The notes under the pieces were generated by a model that saw only the letters and a program-made list of their open reading frames with translations, was not told the DNA's origin and did no database searches. Positions 10,201-19,786 of a stretch of DNA of 64,000 bases are shown piece by piece (positions within the stretch are counted from its first letter, which is position 1; each line of letters begins with the position of its first letter). Source of the DNA: Vulcanimicrobiota bacterium (lineage in GTDB: Bacteria > Vulcanimicrobiota > Xenobia > Xenobiales > JADMJV01); contig JBFWNU010000008.1 in the NCBI GenBank assembly GCA_050250895.1, forward strand, positions 1 through 64,000. Reading direction: 5' to 3'. The translations under genes were made by a program, and so were the position numbers.

Positions 10201-11392
10201 TGAGGTTCGTCAACCGCTCGAGAGCCGAGTCGAGATCTGACTGGCTGGGCGCCAGCGCCATCTGGTTCTGGAGTTGGGCCAGCTTCTGCCGCCACTCGGC
10301 TTCGGCCTGCCGCAGGCGCTCGTTCTGGTCGCGGGCCGAGCGCAACTCAGCCCGGAACTGCTCGAGCTGGGCCTCGGCCTGAGCGTGAGCCTGGGTGATT
10401 TGGTTTCGGGCCGACTCCTGGGTTTGGGTCAGCTGAGAACGAAGCTGGCCGATCTGCTCCCAGGCCTTGGATTCGTTGGTCTGCAGCGTCTGAATCTGTT
10501 CGCGGAAGGCGAGCAACTGGCTCTGCAATTGAGCTACCTGGTTGCGAGCCGCGTTGAGCTCGGTCTCGGATATCTGGTTGGCCAGCTGGCTTTCATACTC
10601 GGCCACCCGACTCTGCAAGGAGGCGCCTCGGGCCAGGCTATCTTCAAGCTCGACCTGACGGGCGGCCAGCTGTTCCTTACTGTGAGCGAGTTCGCGACGG
10701 AGTTCAGTGAGTTCGTTGCGCAAGCGCTGCAGTTCTTCTTCGAGCTGTTCGCGCTCGGCCACAGCCGGGCCCGAACGCTCGTAGAGCAGGCGAAAACGTT
10801 CGTTGGCTTGTTGAGCCTCGAGGTTGGCCTTAGAGACCTGGGAGCGAGCGTCAGCCGCATCGGCCTCGGCGCGCTCCGCCCTTTCTTCGGCTTCACGCTG
10901 CGCGCGGCGTGCTTCTTCACCGCGGGCCAGGGCCTCGTTGGCACGATCCTCGGCTACGATCAGCCGCTCGACCTCGGGGGGCGCCTGCAGGTAGTAGCGG
11001 CGAAATCGCTCGTCGGCTTCGCGGGCCCGCTGGTTGGCGCGTTCGAGCTCTTGCGAAAGGCTCTGCATCTGCTCGTTATCGTCGACTACCGTGAGACTGA
11101 CCGCCGTGGCCGGGGCCCCGCGCCACTCAAAGTTGTGACGGCGCACGCGAACCTCGACCGATTGCCCGTCGGGGCGGGCCAGGGTGAGTCGCATCGCGGT
11201 GGGCGAGAAAGGGGGGTGGTCGTCGAGCAGTTCGCTGAGCGTGCGTCCGGTGATCTTTTCAGCTTCGCTATTGGCAAATACAACCAGACCCTGGGCGTCT
11301 ACCACGAAGGTAGGTTCCAGCACCTGATCCACTAAACGAGCCAGAGCGTTAGGGTCGGACTCGGCCAGTAGTCTAAGTTGATCGCTCAGCAC
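7298..11392 (-). CDS. PAS + long coiled coil + GGDEF(GEDEF)-EAL protein (1364 aa)
   Basis: N-terminal VVDAQGLVVFANSEAE; long heptad region; DTLTSLPN, DIDRFRVANDTMGH, RRGEDEF; YQPIV, EALLRW, DDFGTG, AEGVET, QGFFFS. Confidence 0.93.
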   Translation of the reverse strand: MLSDQLRLLAESDPNALARLVDQVLEPTFVVDAQGLVVFANSEAEKITGRTLSELLDDHPPFSPTAMRLTLARPDGQSVEVRVRRHNFEWRGAPATAVSLTVVDDNEQMQSLSQELERANQRAREADERFRRYYLQAPPEVERLIVAEDRANEALARGEEARRAQREAEERAERAEADAADARSQVSKANLEAQQANERFRLLYERSGPAVAEREQLEEELQRLRNELTELRRELAHSKEQLAARQVELEDSLARGASLQSRVAEYESQLANQISETELNAARNQVAQLQSQLLAFREQIQTLQTNESKAWEQIGQLRSQLTQTQESARNQITQAHAQAEAQLEQFRAELRSARDQNERLRQAEAEWRQKLAQLQNQMALAPSQSDLDSALERLTNLSSELVELRHQSAQQAELESELRNELEHYRQQLSAIDPEETESLRQHIAQLEQRLAEPAPEAAALAQAQERIASLEHELRGAFEFQEEGRRRLAEVEPQLLAITGLEEELARARAHISELEHRPPEVDEQSAEELAAANAYIQQLEDRLGSMTELEQEYYQLREHVVVLESRPTETAEPGRLESLERQVASLPALEEELFQARQQLAWLESQPSPTADPARLEQLEQQLASLPALQEELYQTRQQLAWLESQPAQSQAGPDPFELEAELAAARTRINELEMAGGASADPLLQERLEMLEVQLQSLEEENEEIPELQHRIRELERINQELQASGPGSSESSDRLEFEELRSQLASVRAERAELRDQLEALQGGAGETAGTPTGRHDQRVEELEQELRLREIDLREANEKLAKMRSQALSAETASLDADQQRDALESRLREMSSEHQQELAALRSRLDGEADRLREQLIAAEREAEARRSQAEQASLFEAKMLEFEQLARHGEARLQEMAQALAEAKKSSAGATDHETARLAFEDTLTSLPNINILNRYLDMTTKRVATNEGSLAVLVVDIDRFRVANDTMGHKAGDELLRQVGQRLNSLVERPDVLGRRGEDEFLIVIFVEAPENPNQRVTGGHTAAANKARGLAGKLMTALRQPFVIEGQSIHLTASIGISLYPGDSASAEDLIEHADSAMYSAKDAGRARTQFYTFDIHQNQEAKLRLISELHQGIARNEFMLYYQPIVDLNKGRIEGLEALLRWNHPMRGLLEPAEFLEAAEDSALIITIGDWVIDEACRLISQFRGKTFVSVNLSPRQLVQSNFARRFMKAIEKARIRADRVVVEVNEAAGCLENAQIHEVLNQLAQWQVGIGIDDFGTGSSSLQRLKETNIRFLKVANQWVAGVPHDPHCTAIARGAIGLAAGLGTFSLAEGVETKEQLRGLKQFGCTLAQGFFFSEPVPTQAVPALMKRSWKF

Positions 11393-11477
11393 ACACCTCG
11401 AAGGTCAACAGGTTTTGCCCTGGACACCCTTTTTCCCTGGCGATTTTCGATGGACTTTGCGGGTTGCCTGGGTTGGC

Positions 11478-12470
11478 TCACACGACCACCACTTTCTCAT
11501 GACCGAGGTGAGCGACCAGGCGTTCTCTCACCATTTCAGTCATTTGGGTGCGGGTTTGGGAGTCGTATGTAACAATCCTGTTTTCTTGAACATAGGGATA
11601 GTGGATGATGGGCGAGTCCTGGCGTTGGCGACGAATTCGCTTGAGGAAGTCTCGATTCATGCGAAACACGCCCACGCTGGCGTCGCGAACCTTGCTCCAA
11701 TCCAGCGAGTGCTCGAGCCGGTCGAGGAACTCTGAATAAACCTGCTGCCAGTTGGGGACTCTCAGCAGCGGATCGAGACAGAGTCGGACCGGCCAGCCGG
11801 CGGCGGCGGCCTGCTGCATGCTCTTGAGACGCTGCTCCAGCCCCGGAGTCAGCGGCTCGAACCGCTCGGCCACCGGCTGGGGGGATAAGGTCCAGGCCAG
11901 CACCACGTTGGGAGAGGGCGCGAGATCCCGGAGCAGACGAAAGTTTGCGCTCTTGGTGCGGATCTCGATCAGCAGATCCGGGCGAATGGACGCGTATTCA
12001 ATCCAGCGTCGTGAATAGGGATAGATGCCCTCGAGCCCCAGCAGGTCGGTGTCATACGAGATGCACATATAGAGGGGGTGGCGGGCCAGCACCGCGTCGG
12101 TGGCCTCGAAATAGTCTGCGAGATTGACGAACATCACCAGGTTGGCCGACGGATAGGTCCCCTGGAGATAACAATAGTCGCAGTCATAGAGACAGTTGAG
12201 CATCAGGGTGTTGTAGTAGAAATGCGGATGACCGAAGCTGGGGGCGATGTCCGAACAGGGATAGAGGAACTCGTCTCGCCGCGCGGCCAGGATCAGCTTC
12301 GGACCTTTCTTCTGAAGACGCCAGGCCTGATAGCCCCGGTTGAAGACTTCCTTGTAGTCGTCGATGGCGATCTGGGCAGCCCGGGGAAACCTGTTCAGGA
12401 TGGCCTCGGTAGCGGCGTGGCCGCGGGCCCGGCCCTCGACATAGATGTGGCTGAAGCTAGGGAACAGCAA
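11478..12470 (-). CDS. Spore photoproduct lyase-like radical SAM protein
   Basis: NCLYDCDYCYLQG (CxxxCxxC), EIRTKS, AWTLSP. Confidence 0.88.
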   Translation of the reverse strand: MLFPSFSHIYVEGRARGHAATEAILNRFPRAAQIAIDDYKEVFNRGYQAWRLQKKGPKLILAARRDEFLYPCSDIAPSFGHPHFYYNTLMLNCLYDCDYCYLQGTYPSANLVMFVNLADYFEATDAVLARHPLYMCISYDTDLLGLEGIYPYSRRWIEYASIRPDLLIEIRTKSANFRLLRDLAPSPNVVLAWTLSPQPVAERFEPLTPGLEQRLKSMQQAAAAGWPVRLCLDPLLRVPNWQQVYSEFLDRLEHSLDWSKVRDASVGVFRMNRDFLKRIRRQRQDSPIIHYPYVQENRIVTYDSQTRTQMTEMVRERLVAHLGHEKVVVV

Positions 12471-13269
12471 GTTCGCTCTCGATTCTGCTCAAGGCCTGGC
12501 GGGCCTCGGCTTTGGTGGTCACCTCGGTGGCGAGTTGAGGCGCCAAGCGTCGGTCGAGGTCTGAGTTACCCGACAGCTTGTAGTAGAGAGCCAGCTTTTC
12601 CAGTTGGCGTGCCTGGGTGACGGTCAACCGCAATCTAACCCTAACCTCTTCCAATAGGCGGGTTTCGTCGTCACTCAGCGCCGGGGCCAGCGCACCCAGA
12701 AGCTGCTCGAGAGCCAGCAAATGGTCGGCCAGTTGTTGAGCATGACGAGCCAGTAGCTCCTCGGGGTGGATCGGGCCATCCCGTCGGAAGTGATCGGAAA
12801 CGACTTTGACCACGGCCAGTTGGCCCGAGGATAGGTAGCGTAGAGCGGTGTCCATGAACCCACTGGCCTCCATATCGACCAGGCGGTGCTGACCCGTCTC
12901 GAAGACCGGGCGGTCGTGAGTGACCAGGGTCTCTTCTTGCCAGGGGTGGCGGACCAGCAGGTCGGGGTAGTAGACGCTCCCCGTGGAGTGGTCGACGACC
13001 TTATGGGCCAGGCAGGCTTGTCCGATGGCCAGGTCTGATCCACCTCCAGCCACGCCAAAGTTGAGCAGCACCCACTTCCAGGGTAACTCAGACCCCAGCA
13101 GATAGGCGGTGGCGGCGGCCGCTCTGACCTTGCCCACGCCCGACACCACCAGGCGGTGGCCGGGCCCCTCATAGGTAGTGAAGGGTGTCCACCCCGCTTG
13201 CTTTTTGAGCGCGAGCAGTCGAACCATTGCGGCTGCTTCGCTGGGGAGGGCGCAAACCAGGCCAATCAT
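12457..13269 (-). CDS. Nucleoside phosphorylase / MTA-SAH nucleosidase-fold protein with helical C-terminal extension
   Basis: ALPSEA, SGVGKVRAA, NFGVAG, VDMEASG, KVVSD. Confidence 0.85.
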   Translation of the reverse strand: MIGLVCALPSEAAAMVRLLALKKQAGWTPFTTYEGPGHRLVVSGVGKVRAAAATAYLLGSELPWKWVLLNFGVAGGGSDLAIGQACLAHKVVDHSTGSVYYPDLLVRHPWQEETLVTHDRPVFETGQHRLVDMEASGFMDTALRYLSSGQLAVVKVVSDHFRRDGPIHPEELLARHAQQLADHLLALEQLLGALAPALSDDETRLLEEVRVRLRLTVTQARQLEKLALYYKLSGNSDLDRRLAPQLATEVTTKAEARQALSRIESELAVP

Positions 13270-13380
13270 CGGCCCTGTCTTTCCGGCTGAGGCTTTGAGC
13301 CTCCTTTTCAGTCCCTTGGACTATGGTCGTCCTCGGTCCCAGGCCTCAAAGCCGCGGGCCGCGCTATGGGCCGGCGCTGA

Positions 13381-13863
13381 CTAGTTCTGCAGGGCGAGCC
13401 AGGCGGTAAGGCCGCCCCCGACCAGGGCTCCACCGATGGCCCCGCCGACGACGCCGCCCAGAGCGGTGCCGGTGATGGCCGTGCCCACCGCGCCGGCTAT
13501 CGAGCCCACCGTGCCCGTGATGGCTCCGGCGCCGGCCCCGACCAGGGTGTTGCCGGCGATGACCGAGCCGTCGGTGGCGTCGCGTACCAAGAGATACATG
13601 CCCGTCGCGCCGAGCAAAGTCTCGCCGACGATAGCTACGGGAATGCCGGCCAGCCCCCCCAGACCGGCCACGCCCAACCCTGCCAGTCCGCCGGCCAGAC
13701 CGCTGACGGCGGCCACTCCGGTGGTCCAGAGGGTTTCCCTGGCCGTCAGGCGACCGACGCTCGGGGTGGGGGAAAAGAAGTCGTTGGGGGAAATAGAGGG
13801 TTTAGCGGCCCCGCGGGCCGGTGCCGGTCGGGTTTGACCGGGCTTGATTGATGAGATCAGCAT
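13381..13863 (-). CDS. Glycine-zipper membrane protein
   Basis: GGAG RBS; Pro/Ser-rich N-terminus followed by hydrophobic GxxxG repeats. Confidence 0.75.
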   Translation of the reverse strand: MLISSIKPGQTRPAPARGAAKPSISPNDFFSPTPSVGRLTARETLWTTGVAAVSGLAGGLAGLGVAGLGGLAGIPVAIVGETLLGATGMYLLVRDATDGSVIAGNTLVGAGAGAITGTVGSIAGAVGTAITGTALGGVVGGAIGGALVGGGLTAWLALQN

Positions 13864-13978
13864 GGGGTTTCTCCGGGTCCTTCGCCCCCATCATAGAGCC
13901 TCGCCCGGCCGCGAAGGTTGACAGGCTGTGAATATCTATCCGAAGAGGGGCGCGGGAAGCGCGCGCGAAAGGTGGGCC

Positions 13979-16333
13979 GTGCCGCTAGACCCGACAGAAC
14001 TCTTTCCCTTTCCTCTTGACCCGTTCCAGTTAGAGTCCATGGAAGCGATCGAGGCCTCCAAGAACCTCATCTTGTGCGCTCCCACCGGGTCAGGCAAGAC
14101 GGCGGTGGCCGAGTACGCCATCGAGCGGGCCATCCGGGCGGGCCGCCGCTGCTTTTATACTACTCCCCTCAAAGCCTTATCGAATCAGAAATTTCAGGAT
14201 TTTTGCGCCCGCTGGGGCGAATCCGAGGTGGGTCTGCTCACCGGTGACGTGTCGGTGCGTCGCCACGCGCCGGTGGTGGTGATGACCACCGAGGTCTATC
14301 GCAACATGCTCTATGGCACGAATCTGGGCGACGTGGGCGAGAACGTCAAAGGCGTGCAGTCAGTGATTCTCGACGAGTGCCACTACATGAACGACGCCGA
14401 GCGCGGCACCGTCTGGGAAGAGTCGATCATCTATACGCCCCGCTCGGTGCAGTTGGTCGGGCTTTCGGCCACGGTCGCCAACTCGCGCGAACTAGCCGAT
14501 TGGATCGGCTCGATCCATCGCCAAACCCATCTGGTCACCACCGATTTTCGTCCTGTTCCCCTGCGCCACTACTACTGCCACCGAGATAGCCTCTACCGGT
14601 TCTTCGTCAACGGTCGGGTCAACCCCAAGCTATTTCGGCTGATTGACCAGCGCCCCAAAGGGAGACGGGGCCGCTCCAAGGACAGGCAGCCTGGCCTGAC
14701 CAGCGAGGGCGTGGTCAAGCAGTTGGCCCACCACGATATGCTGCCGGCGATCTACTTCGTGTTTTCCCGGCGCGGTTGCGAGAAAGCCCTGCGCGACGCC
14801 CAGGGAGCCCTGCGCATGCCCGGGCATCTGCGAGTTCAGTTACGCCAGCGCATCGAAGAAGCCGTCGAGGCCCATCCTGGCTTTGCGCGCCACCCTCACC
14901 TGCCAGCTCTCTATCGGGGGTTGGCAGTGCATCACGCCGGGGTGCTGCCGGCCTGGAAAAGTCTGGTCGAGAATCTCTTCGGGCAGGGTCTGATCCAGGT
15001 CGTTTTCGCCACCGAGACTCTGGCCGCTGGCATCAACATGCCCGCTCGCACCACCGTGATTTCGGCGATCTCGAAGTATTCGGGCGAAGGCCATCGGGTG
15101 CTCACGGGCAGCGAGTTCTTGCAGATGAGCGGCCGGGCCGGAAGGCGAGGCATGGATGAAGTGGGCAACGTGGTCGTGCTTCATCACCCCAAAGAGGATG
15201 TCCGCCAGGCGGTGGTCCTGGCCAGGGCCCCAGCCGAGCCTCTCGAGAGCAACTTTCGACCGAGCTACGGCATGGTGCTCAACCTGCTCCAGCGGCGCAC
15301 CCTGGAAGAGGCGCGGCAACTGGTGGAGATGTCGTTTGGCCAGTTTCTAGCTCGCCGAGAGGCGGTTCGCCACGATCGCGAGGCAAGCCAGCTCGAAGAG
15401 CGCCACCAGGACCTCTCTCGCCCGCTTTGTCCGGGCGAACTGGGCGATCAGCGTCTGTATCGCAAGACCCGAGAACGCTATCGGGCCGCCATCAAACAGG
15501 CCCGCAGCCTGACCGGAACCGAGCCCGAGGTGGTCCAGGAGCGCGAGCGTCTGGCTCGGCGTCGCCAGGGTCTCAAGGAGGCATTCGAGTCGAGCCCCTG
15601 CCACGGTTGTCCGGTGTTTGACCCCTGTCGCGAACAAGAGCGCGAGCGAAATCGGGTCGAGCGTGACCTGCGTCTGCTCAAGCGGATAGAGGAGAAGGTC
15701 GGAACACCCTACTGGAGCGAGTTCGAACGACTGGCCGACGTCCTTCGCGAGACCCAGTATCTGCGCGAGGACCAGCCCACCGAAGCGGGCGAGATGGCGG
15801 CCTGTCTGCGAGCTACCAACGTGCTTTTCCTGGCCGAGGTCATCGGCTCAGGAGTGCTAGAAGAACTGCGGCCGGCCGAGGCGGCGGCGGCCATCACCGC
15901 CCTGGTGACCGAAGAGGGGCGTCGCCAGCAGCATGTCGAGCGGCCACCCGTTTCGCGTTATGTCCATGAGGTGCTGCATCGGCTCGAATTGATTTCCGAC
16001 CGGGTATTGGATTTGCAAGAGCGTTATCGAGTAGAGGTGCCGCTCGAACTCAACGGAATGTTCTGCGGAGTGACCGAAAGTTGGGCTCGTGGCACCGATT
16101 GGGAAACCCTCGAACGCCAGGTTTCACTGGAGGCCGGCGACATCATCCGACTGCTTCGGCGCACCCTCGACGTTTGCCGTCAATTTGCGTATTCCAGGGG
16201 AGTCCCACAACGTTTGAGCGAACTGTGCCGCCAGGCTGAGCGAAAGATTGCCCGCGATGAGGTCAGAGAGTCGCTGACCATGGTGGGCCTCGTCAACCCT
16301 GGGGAAGACCTGACCATTGAGGAGAGTCTGTAG
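13979..16333 (+). CDS. Ski2-like DExH RNA helicase (HelY family)
   Basis: APTGSGKT, PLKALSNQK, DECH, SAT, HHAG, TETLAAGIN, QMSGRAGRRG, C-terminal DSHCT-like GDIIRLLRRTLD. Start is 13979 (GTG) or 13928. Confidence 0.93.
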   Translation: MPLDPTELFPFPLDPFQLESMEAIEASKNLILCAPTGSGKTAVAEYAIERAIRAGRRCFYTTPLKALSNQKFQDFCARWGESEVGLLTGDVSVRRHAPVVVMTTEVYRNMLYGTNLGDVGENVKGVQSVILDECHYMNDAERGTVWEESIIYTPRSVQLVGLSATVANSRELADWIGSIHRQTHLVTTDFRPVPLRHYYCHRDSLYRFFVNGRVNPKLFRLIDQRPKGRRGRSKDRQPGLTSEGVVKQLAHHDMLPAIYFVFSRRGCEKALRDAQGALRMPGHLRVQLRQRIEEAVEAHPGFARHPHLPALYRGLAVHHAGVLPAWKSLVENLFGQGLIQVVFATETLAAGINMPARTTVISAISKYSGEGHRVLTGSEFLQMSGRAGRRGMDEVGNVVVLHHPKEDVRQAVVLARAPAEPLESNFRPSYGMVLNLLQRRTLEEARQLVEMSFGQFLARREAVRHDREASQLEERHQDLSRPLCPGELGDQRLYRKTRERYRAAIKQARSLTGTEPEVVQERERLARRRQGLKEAFESSPCHGCPVFDPCREQERERNRVERDLRLLKRIEEKVGTPYWSEFERLADVLRETQYLREDQPTEAGEMAACLRATNVLFLAEVIGSGVLEELRPAEAAAAITALVTEEGRRQQHVERPPVSRYVHEVLHRLELISDRVLDLQERYRVEVPLELNGMFCGVTESWARGTDWETLERQVSLEAGDIIRLLRRTLDVCRQFAYSRGVPQRLSELCRQAERKIARDEVRESLTMVGLVNPGEDLTIEESL

Positions 16334-16335
16334 CC

Positions 16336-19300
16336 GTGAATAAGAGCAAGGCCCGCTACGCCTATGCCAGCGCCACCGACCTGAGAAGCCTGGTGAACAG
16401 CTTCGGCGAGGCCGTGCTGGTGGTGGACGAGCAGGGCGAGGTGGTCTTCGCCGACCCCAACGCCGAACAGCTCTTTGACCGCGATGTCAGTCACCTGCTG
16501 GGCGAAACAGCCCCTTGCGAATTGCGCGAAGGCGAACTCGCAGTGCCCCGAGGAGAGACGCTCGTTCGGGCCCATTGTCGCTCGGAAGAGTTGGTCTGGA
16601 GCGGAAATCTGGCCACCGCCTACTTCTTACGCGCGGTCGATAGGGCCTGGCTCGATCTCGAGGGCAAGCTCTCTGCTTCAGAAGAGCGGATCAGCCTGGC
16701 GGAAGAGGCCCTGCGGGAAGCCGAAGTGGGAAAGACTCTGGCGCGCGAGCGTCTCGACGAGGTCAGTGTCGAACTCGAGGGCCTCAGTCAAGAGAACGAA
16801 CTGCTCAAAGCCACCGTGGCCGAACTCGAGAAGCAAGTGGCGGCCGGGGACCAGCAGAATGCGGCCCTGAACCAGTCGGTGGAAGCGGCCGAGCAGGCCC
16901 TGGGCCAGACCGAGCAGCGGCTGGCCAATGCCGAAGAGCGGATCCGCAACCTGCAGCAAGAATTGGAGATGCTCGAGCAGAAGGCCCACCAGTCCGAACA
17001 GCGGGCGGCTCTGGCCGAGGGCGGGCTAAAGGCTGCCGAGGAGCGGGCCACCCGCTACAAGACGGTCCTCGACGAGATGGAGTCGACCTCGCAGGGCACC
17101 ACCCAGCGCCTGGCTGTGCTCGAAGAGGGATTGCGGGCCGCCGAAGAACGGGCCGAGCGCTACCGGCGACTGGCTGCCGGTAGTGTCGAAATGGAGTCGG
17201 TCCACAGCGAAGAGCTGGCCAGTGCCCAACGCCGAGTCGAGCAGCTCGAGGGCCGCGTCCGCGAACTAGAGAGCGAGTCGTCGGATGAGCTGACCGAGTC
17301 TCGCAACTGGGTGGCCGAACTCGAAGCCCGGGTGGCCGAACTCGAGGCCGACCACGAGGGTCAGGTCGACTCGGACCAGCTAGAAGCGGCTCGCTTTCGC
17401 ATCGCCGAACTCGAGGCCCAACTGGCCCAGGGTTCGCCTCTGGAAACCGGCCCGGAACTCGAAGCTTTGCGCTTTCGCGTGGCCGAACTCGAGGCTCGCC
17501 TGGCCGAGCTGAGCGAGGCCGAAACCCTGGCCACCCAGCTGGAAGAGGCTCGGGCTCGCATCGAGGCCCTCCAGGCCCAGGCTGGCGGCGGTGATCCACA
17601 ACTGATCGAGGCGCTCGAACGGATCCGCGACCTCGAGGCGGCGGCCGCCTCGGCCAGCTCGCTCGAGGTAGAACTCGAGGCCACCCGCGAACAAGTCGAG
17701 GCGCTCGAGCGTGAGAACGAAGAGCTGGCCGAGCACGGTCGCCGGCGCACGGCTGAACTCGAGTCGCAGATGGCCGTAGCTCTTGAGGCGGCCGCCGCTC
17801 GCCTGGCCGAGATAGAGACCAATCTCGGCGGCGGCGACGGCCCGGCCCTGGAAGAGGCCTGCGCCCGCGTGGTCGAACTCGAAACCCAGTGTGAGCAGCT
17901 CAGTAGCTATCGTGGACTGGCCGAGCAGCTGCAGGTGCGGGTCGAAGAACTCGAGGCCAGCCCGGAGAATTCATGGGATCAGCAAGCGCTCGAGCAAGCG
18001 CGCCTGCGGATTTCGGAACTCGAGCAGCGGTTGGCCCAGGACGGCAATCGTTCGGCCGTTTCCGAAGAGCTCGAACAAGAGTTGGAAGAAGCCCGCCGCC
18101 GGGCCGACGACGCCGAGAGTCGCGTGCTCGAACTCGAAGAGCAGTTGCTCGAACTGCGCGACGCCCCCGCCCTGGCCGAGAGCACCGAGGTGGTCGAGCT
18201 TCGCGAGCGGGCCGAACAGGCCGAGAGCCGCTTGACGACGTTGGCCAGCCAGGTCAGCTCTGGCGACACCCACACCGACCAGATTATCCAACAACTCGAA
18301 CAACGGGCCGCCCAGGCAGAGCTGCGTAGCAGCGAACTCGAGCGCGAGCTCGAGGATAAGCGCAGCCAGATGCCCGATCGCGAGACTCAAAAGCTAGCCT
18401 ATGCCGACCGTCTCACGGGTCTGCCCAACTTCAACATTCTACAGCAGTACATCAACTTGACCTTCGAGAAAGTCAGCAGTGGCGAGGGAGCAATGGCCCT
18501 GCTGGTGGTCGACCTCGACCGCTTCCGGGTGGTCAACGACACGCTCGGCCACCGGGCCGGCGATGACCTCTTGCGGCGCGTGGCCAAGGTGCTGCAGACC
18601 ATTACCAAGAAGGCAGACTATGCGTTGGCCCGGCGCGGTGAAGACGAATTTTTGCTGGTGGCCCACCTCGAGTCGGTCGAAAACGACGTGGCTCAGGTGA
18701 CCGCCCTGGCCCGCGGCCTGGGGCACTCGATCTTGACCGAACTGGCCAAGCCCTTCGAACTCTCGGGGCAGACGATTCATGTCACCGTCAGCATCGGCAT
18801 CAGCCTGTATCCCGGCGAGGCCCGCACCGCGCAAGAGATGCTCGAAGAAGCCGACTGCGCCATGTATCGCGCCAAAGAACTCGGGCGCGGACGGGTCTGC
18901 TTTTATACCGCCGAGATGCACCAGGCTCAGAAACGCCGCCTGGTGCTCGAGAACGAGCTGCGGCGAGCGCTCGACCAGAACGAGTTCCTGGTCTACTATC
19001 AGCCGATCATCGATCTTCACAGTGGCAAACTAGCCGGACTCGAGGCTCTGCTGCGCTGGGCTCATCCTTCCAAGGGCGTGCTCGAGCCCGAAGACTTCAT
19101 CGACATTGCCGAAGAGACCGGCCTGATCGTGCCCATCGGCGAATGGGTGGTGCAAGAGGCTTGCATGTTGGCGCGCCAGTTGAAGAAGCGCTTCGTGACC
19201 ATCAATCTTAGCCCGCGCCAGTTGATCGACTCCGGCTTCTCTAAGCGCTTCATGAAGCATGTCGAGCGAGCCGGCATTCGTCCCGACCAGGTCGTGGTCG

Positions 19301-19695
19301 AGGTTTCAGAGTCGACCAACGAGATCGACCCCGAGCGGGTTCACAACGTCTTGTCGGGCCTGGTCCATTGGGGCGTCGGGGTCGGCATCGACGACTTCGG
19401 GACAGGCTCGACCTCGCTGCGCCACCTGCACAAAGTGCCGGTGCGCTTCATCAAGATCGATCGCGAGTTCGTGTCGAGCACTCCTGAGGACCGCAACGCC
19501 GCCCGGGTTTGCCTGGCCGTGGCCCGTCTGGCCGCCGGCCTCGAAGTGGCGGCCCTGGCCGAGGGCGTCGAAACCGAAGCCCAGGTCCAGTATGTCAGCC
19601 GCTGCGGCTGCCAACTGGCCCAGGGCTTCTTCTTCAGTCCTCCGGTGCCGCCCTCACAGCTGAAGTCGCTGCTCGAGTCTCGCTGGTCCGTCTAA
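16336..19695 (+). CDS. PAS + long coiled coil + GGDEF(GEDEF)-EAL protein (1119 aa), paralog of 7298-11392
   Basis: VVDEQGEVVFADPNAE, heptads, DRLTGLPN, RRGEDEF, EALLRW, DDFGTG, KIDR, AEGVET, QGFFFS. Confidence 0.93.
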   Translation: MNKSKARYAYASATDLRSLVNSFGEAVLVVDEQGEVVFADPNAEQLFDRDVSHLLGETAPCELREGELAVPRGETLVRAHCRSEELVWSGNLATAYFLRAVDRAWLDLEGKLSASEERISLAEEALREAEVGKTLARERLDEVSVELEGLSQENELLKATVAELEKQVAAGDQQNAALNQSVEAAEQALGQTEQRLANAEERIRNLQQELEMLEQKAHQSEQRAALAEGGLKAAEERATRYKTVLDEMESTSQGTTQRLAVLEEGLRAAEERAERYRRLAAGSVEMESVHSEELASAQRRVEQLEGRVRELESESSDELTESRNWVAELEARVAELEADHEGQVDSDQLEAARFRIAELEAQLAQGSPLETGPELEALRFRVAELEARLAELSEAETLATQLEEARARIEALQAQAGGGDPQLIEALERIRDLEAAAASASSLEVELEATREQVEALERENEELAEHGRRRTAELESQMAVALEAAAARLAEIETNLGGGDGPALEEACARVVELETQCEQLSSYRGLAEQLQVRVEELEASPENSWDQQALEQARLRISELEQRLAQDGNRSAVSEELEQELEEARRRADDAESRVLELEEQLLELRDAPALAESTEVVELRERAEQAESRLTTLASQVSSGDTHTDQIIQQLEQRAAQAELRSSELERELEDKRSQMPDRETQKLAYADRLTGLPNFNILQQYINLTFEKVSSGEGAMALLVVDLDRFRVVNDTLGHRAGDDLLRRVAKVLQTITKKADYALARRGEDEFLLVAHLESVENDVAQVTALARGLGHSILTELAKPFELSGQTIHVTVSIGISLYPGEARTAQEMLEEADCAMYRAKELGRGRVCFYTAEMHQAQKRRLVLENELRRALDQNEFLVYYQPIIDLHSGKLAGLEALLRWAHPSKGVLEPEDFIDIAEETGLIVPIGEWVVQEACMLARQLKKRFVTINLSPRQLIDSGFSKRFMKHVERAGIRPDQVVVEVSESTNEIDPERVHNVLSGLVHWGVGVGIDDFGTGSTSLRHLHKVPVRFIKIDREFVSSTPEDRNAARVCLAVARLAAGLEVAALAEGVETEAQVQYVSRCGCQLAQGFFFSPPVPPSQLKSLLESRWSV

Positions 19696-19786
19696 GGGCC
19701 TGTCAGGAAATAGGCGCGGTCAGACGCGCCTGGCCACCGGGGCGCCTGAAGCGCCCGCAAGGCTACTCTTGATCTCTGACAGGCCC
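19696..19786. mobile_element. Putative 91-bp MITE
   Basis: Terminal inverted repeats GGGCCTGTCAG / CTGACAGGCCC flanked by TAA on both sides (19693-19695, 19787-19789); two internal hairpins. Confidence 0.7.

Noticed and set aside
13918-13945. Sigma70 promoter for the helicase (TTGACA at 13918)
   Set aside because: No convincing -10 element at 16-18 bp spacing.
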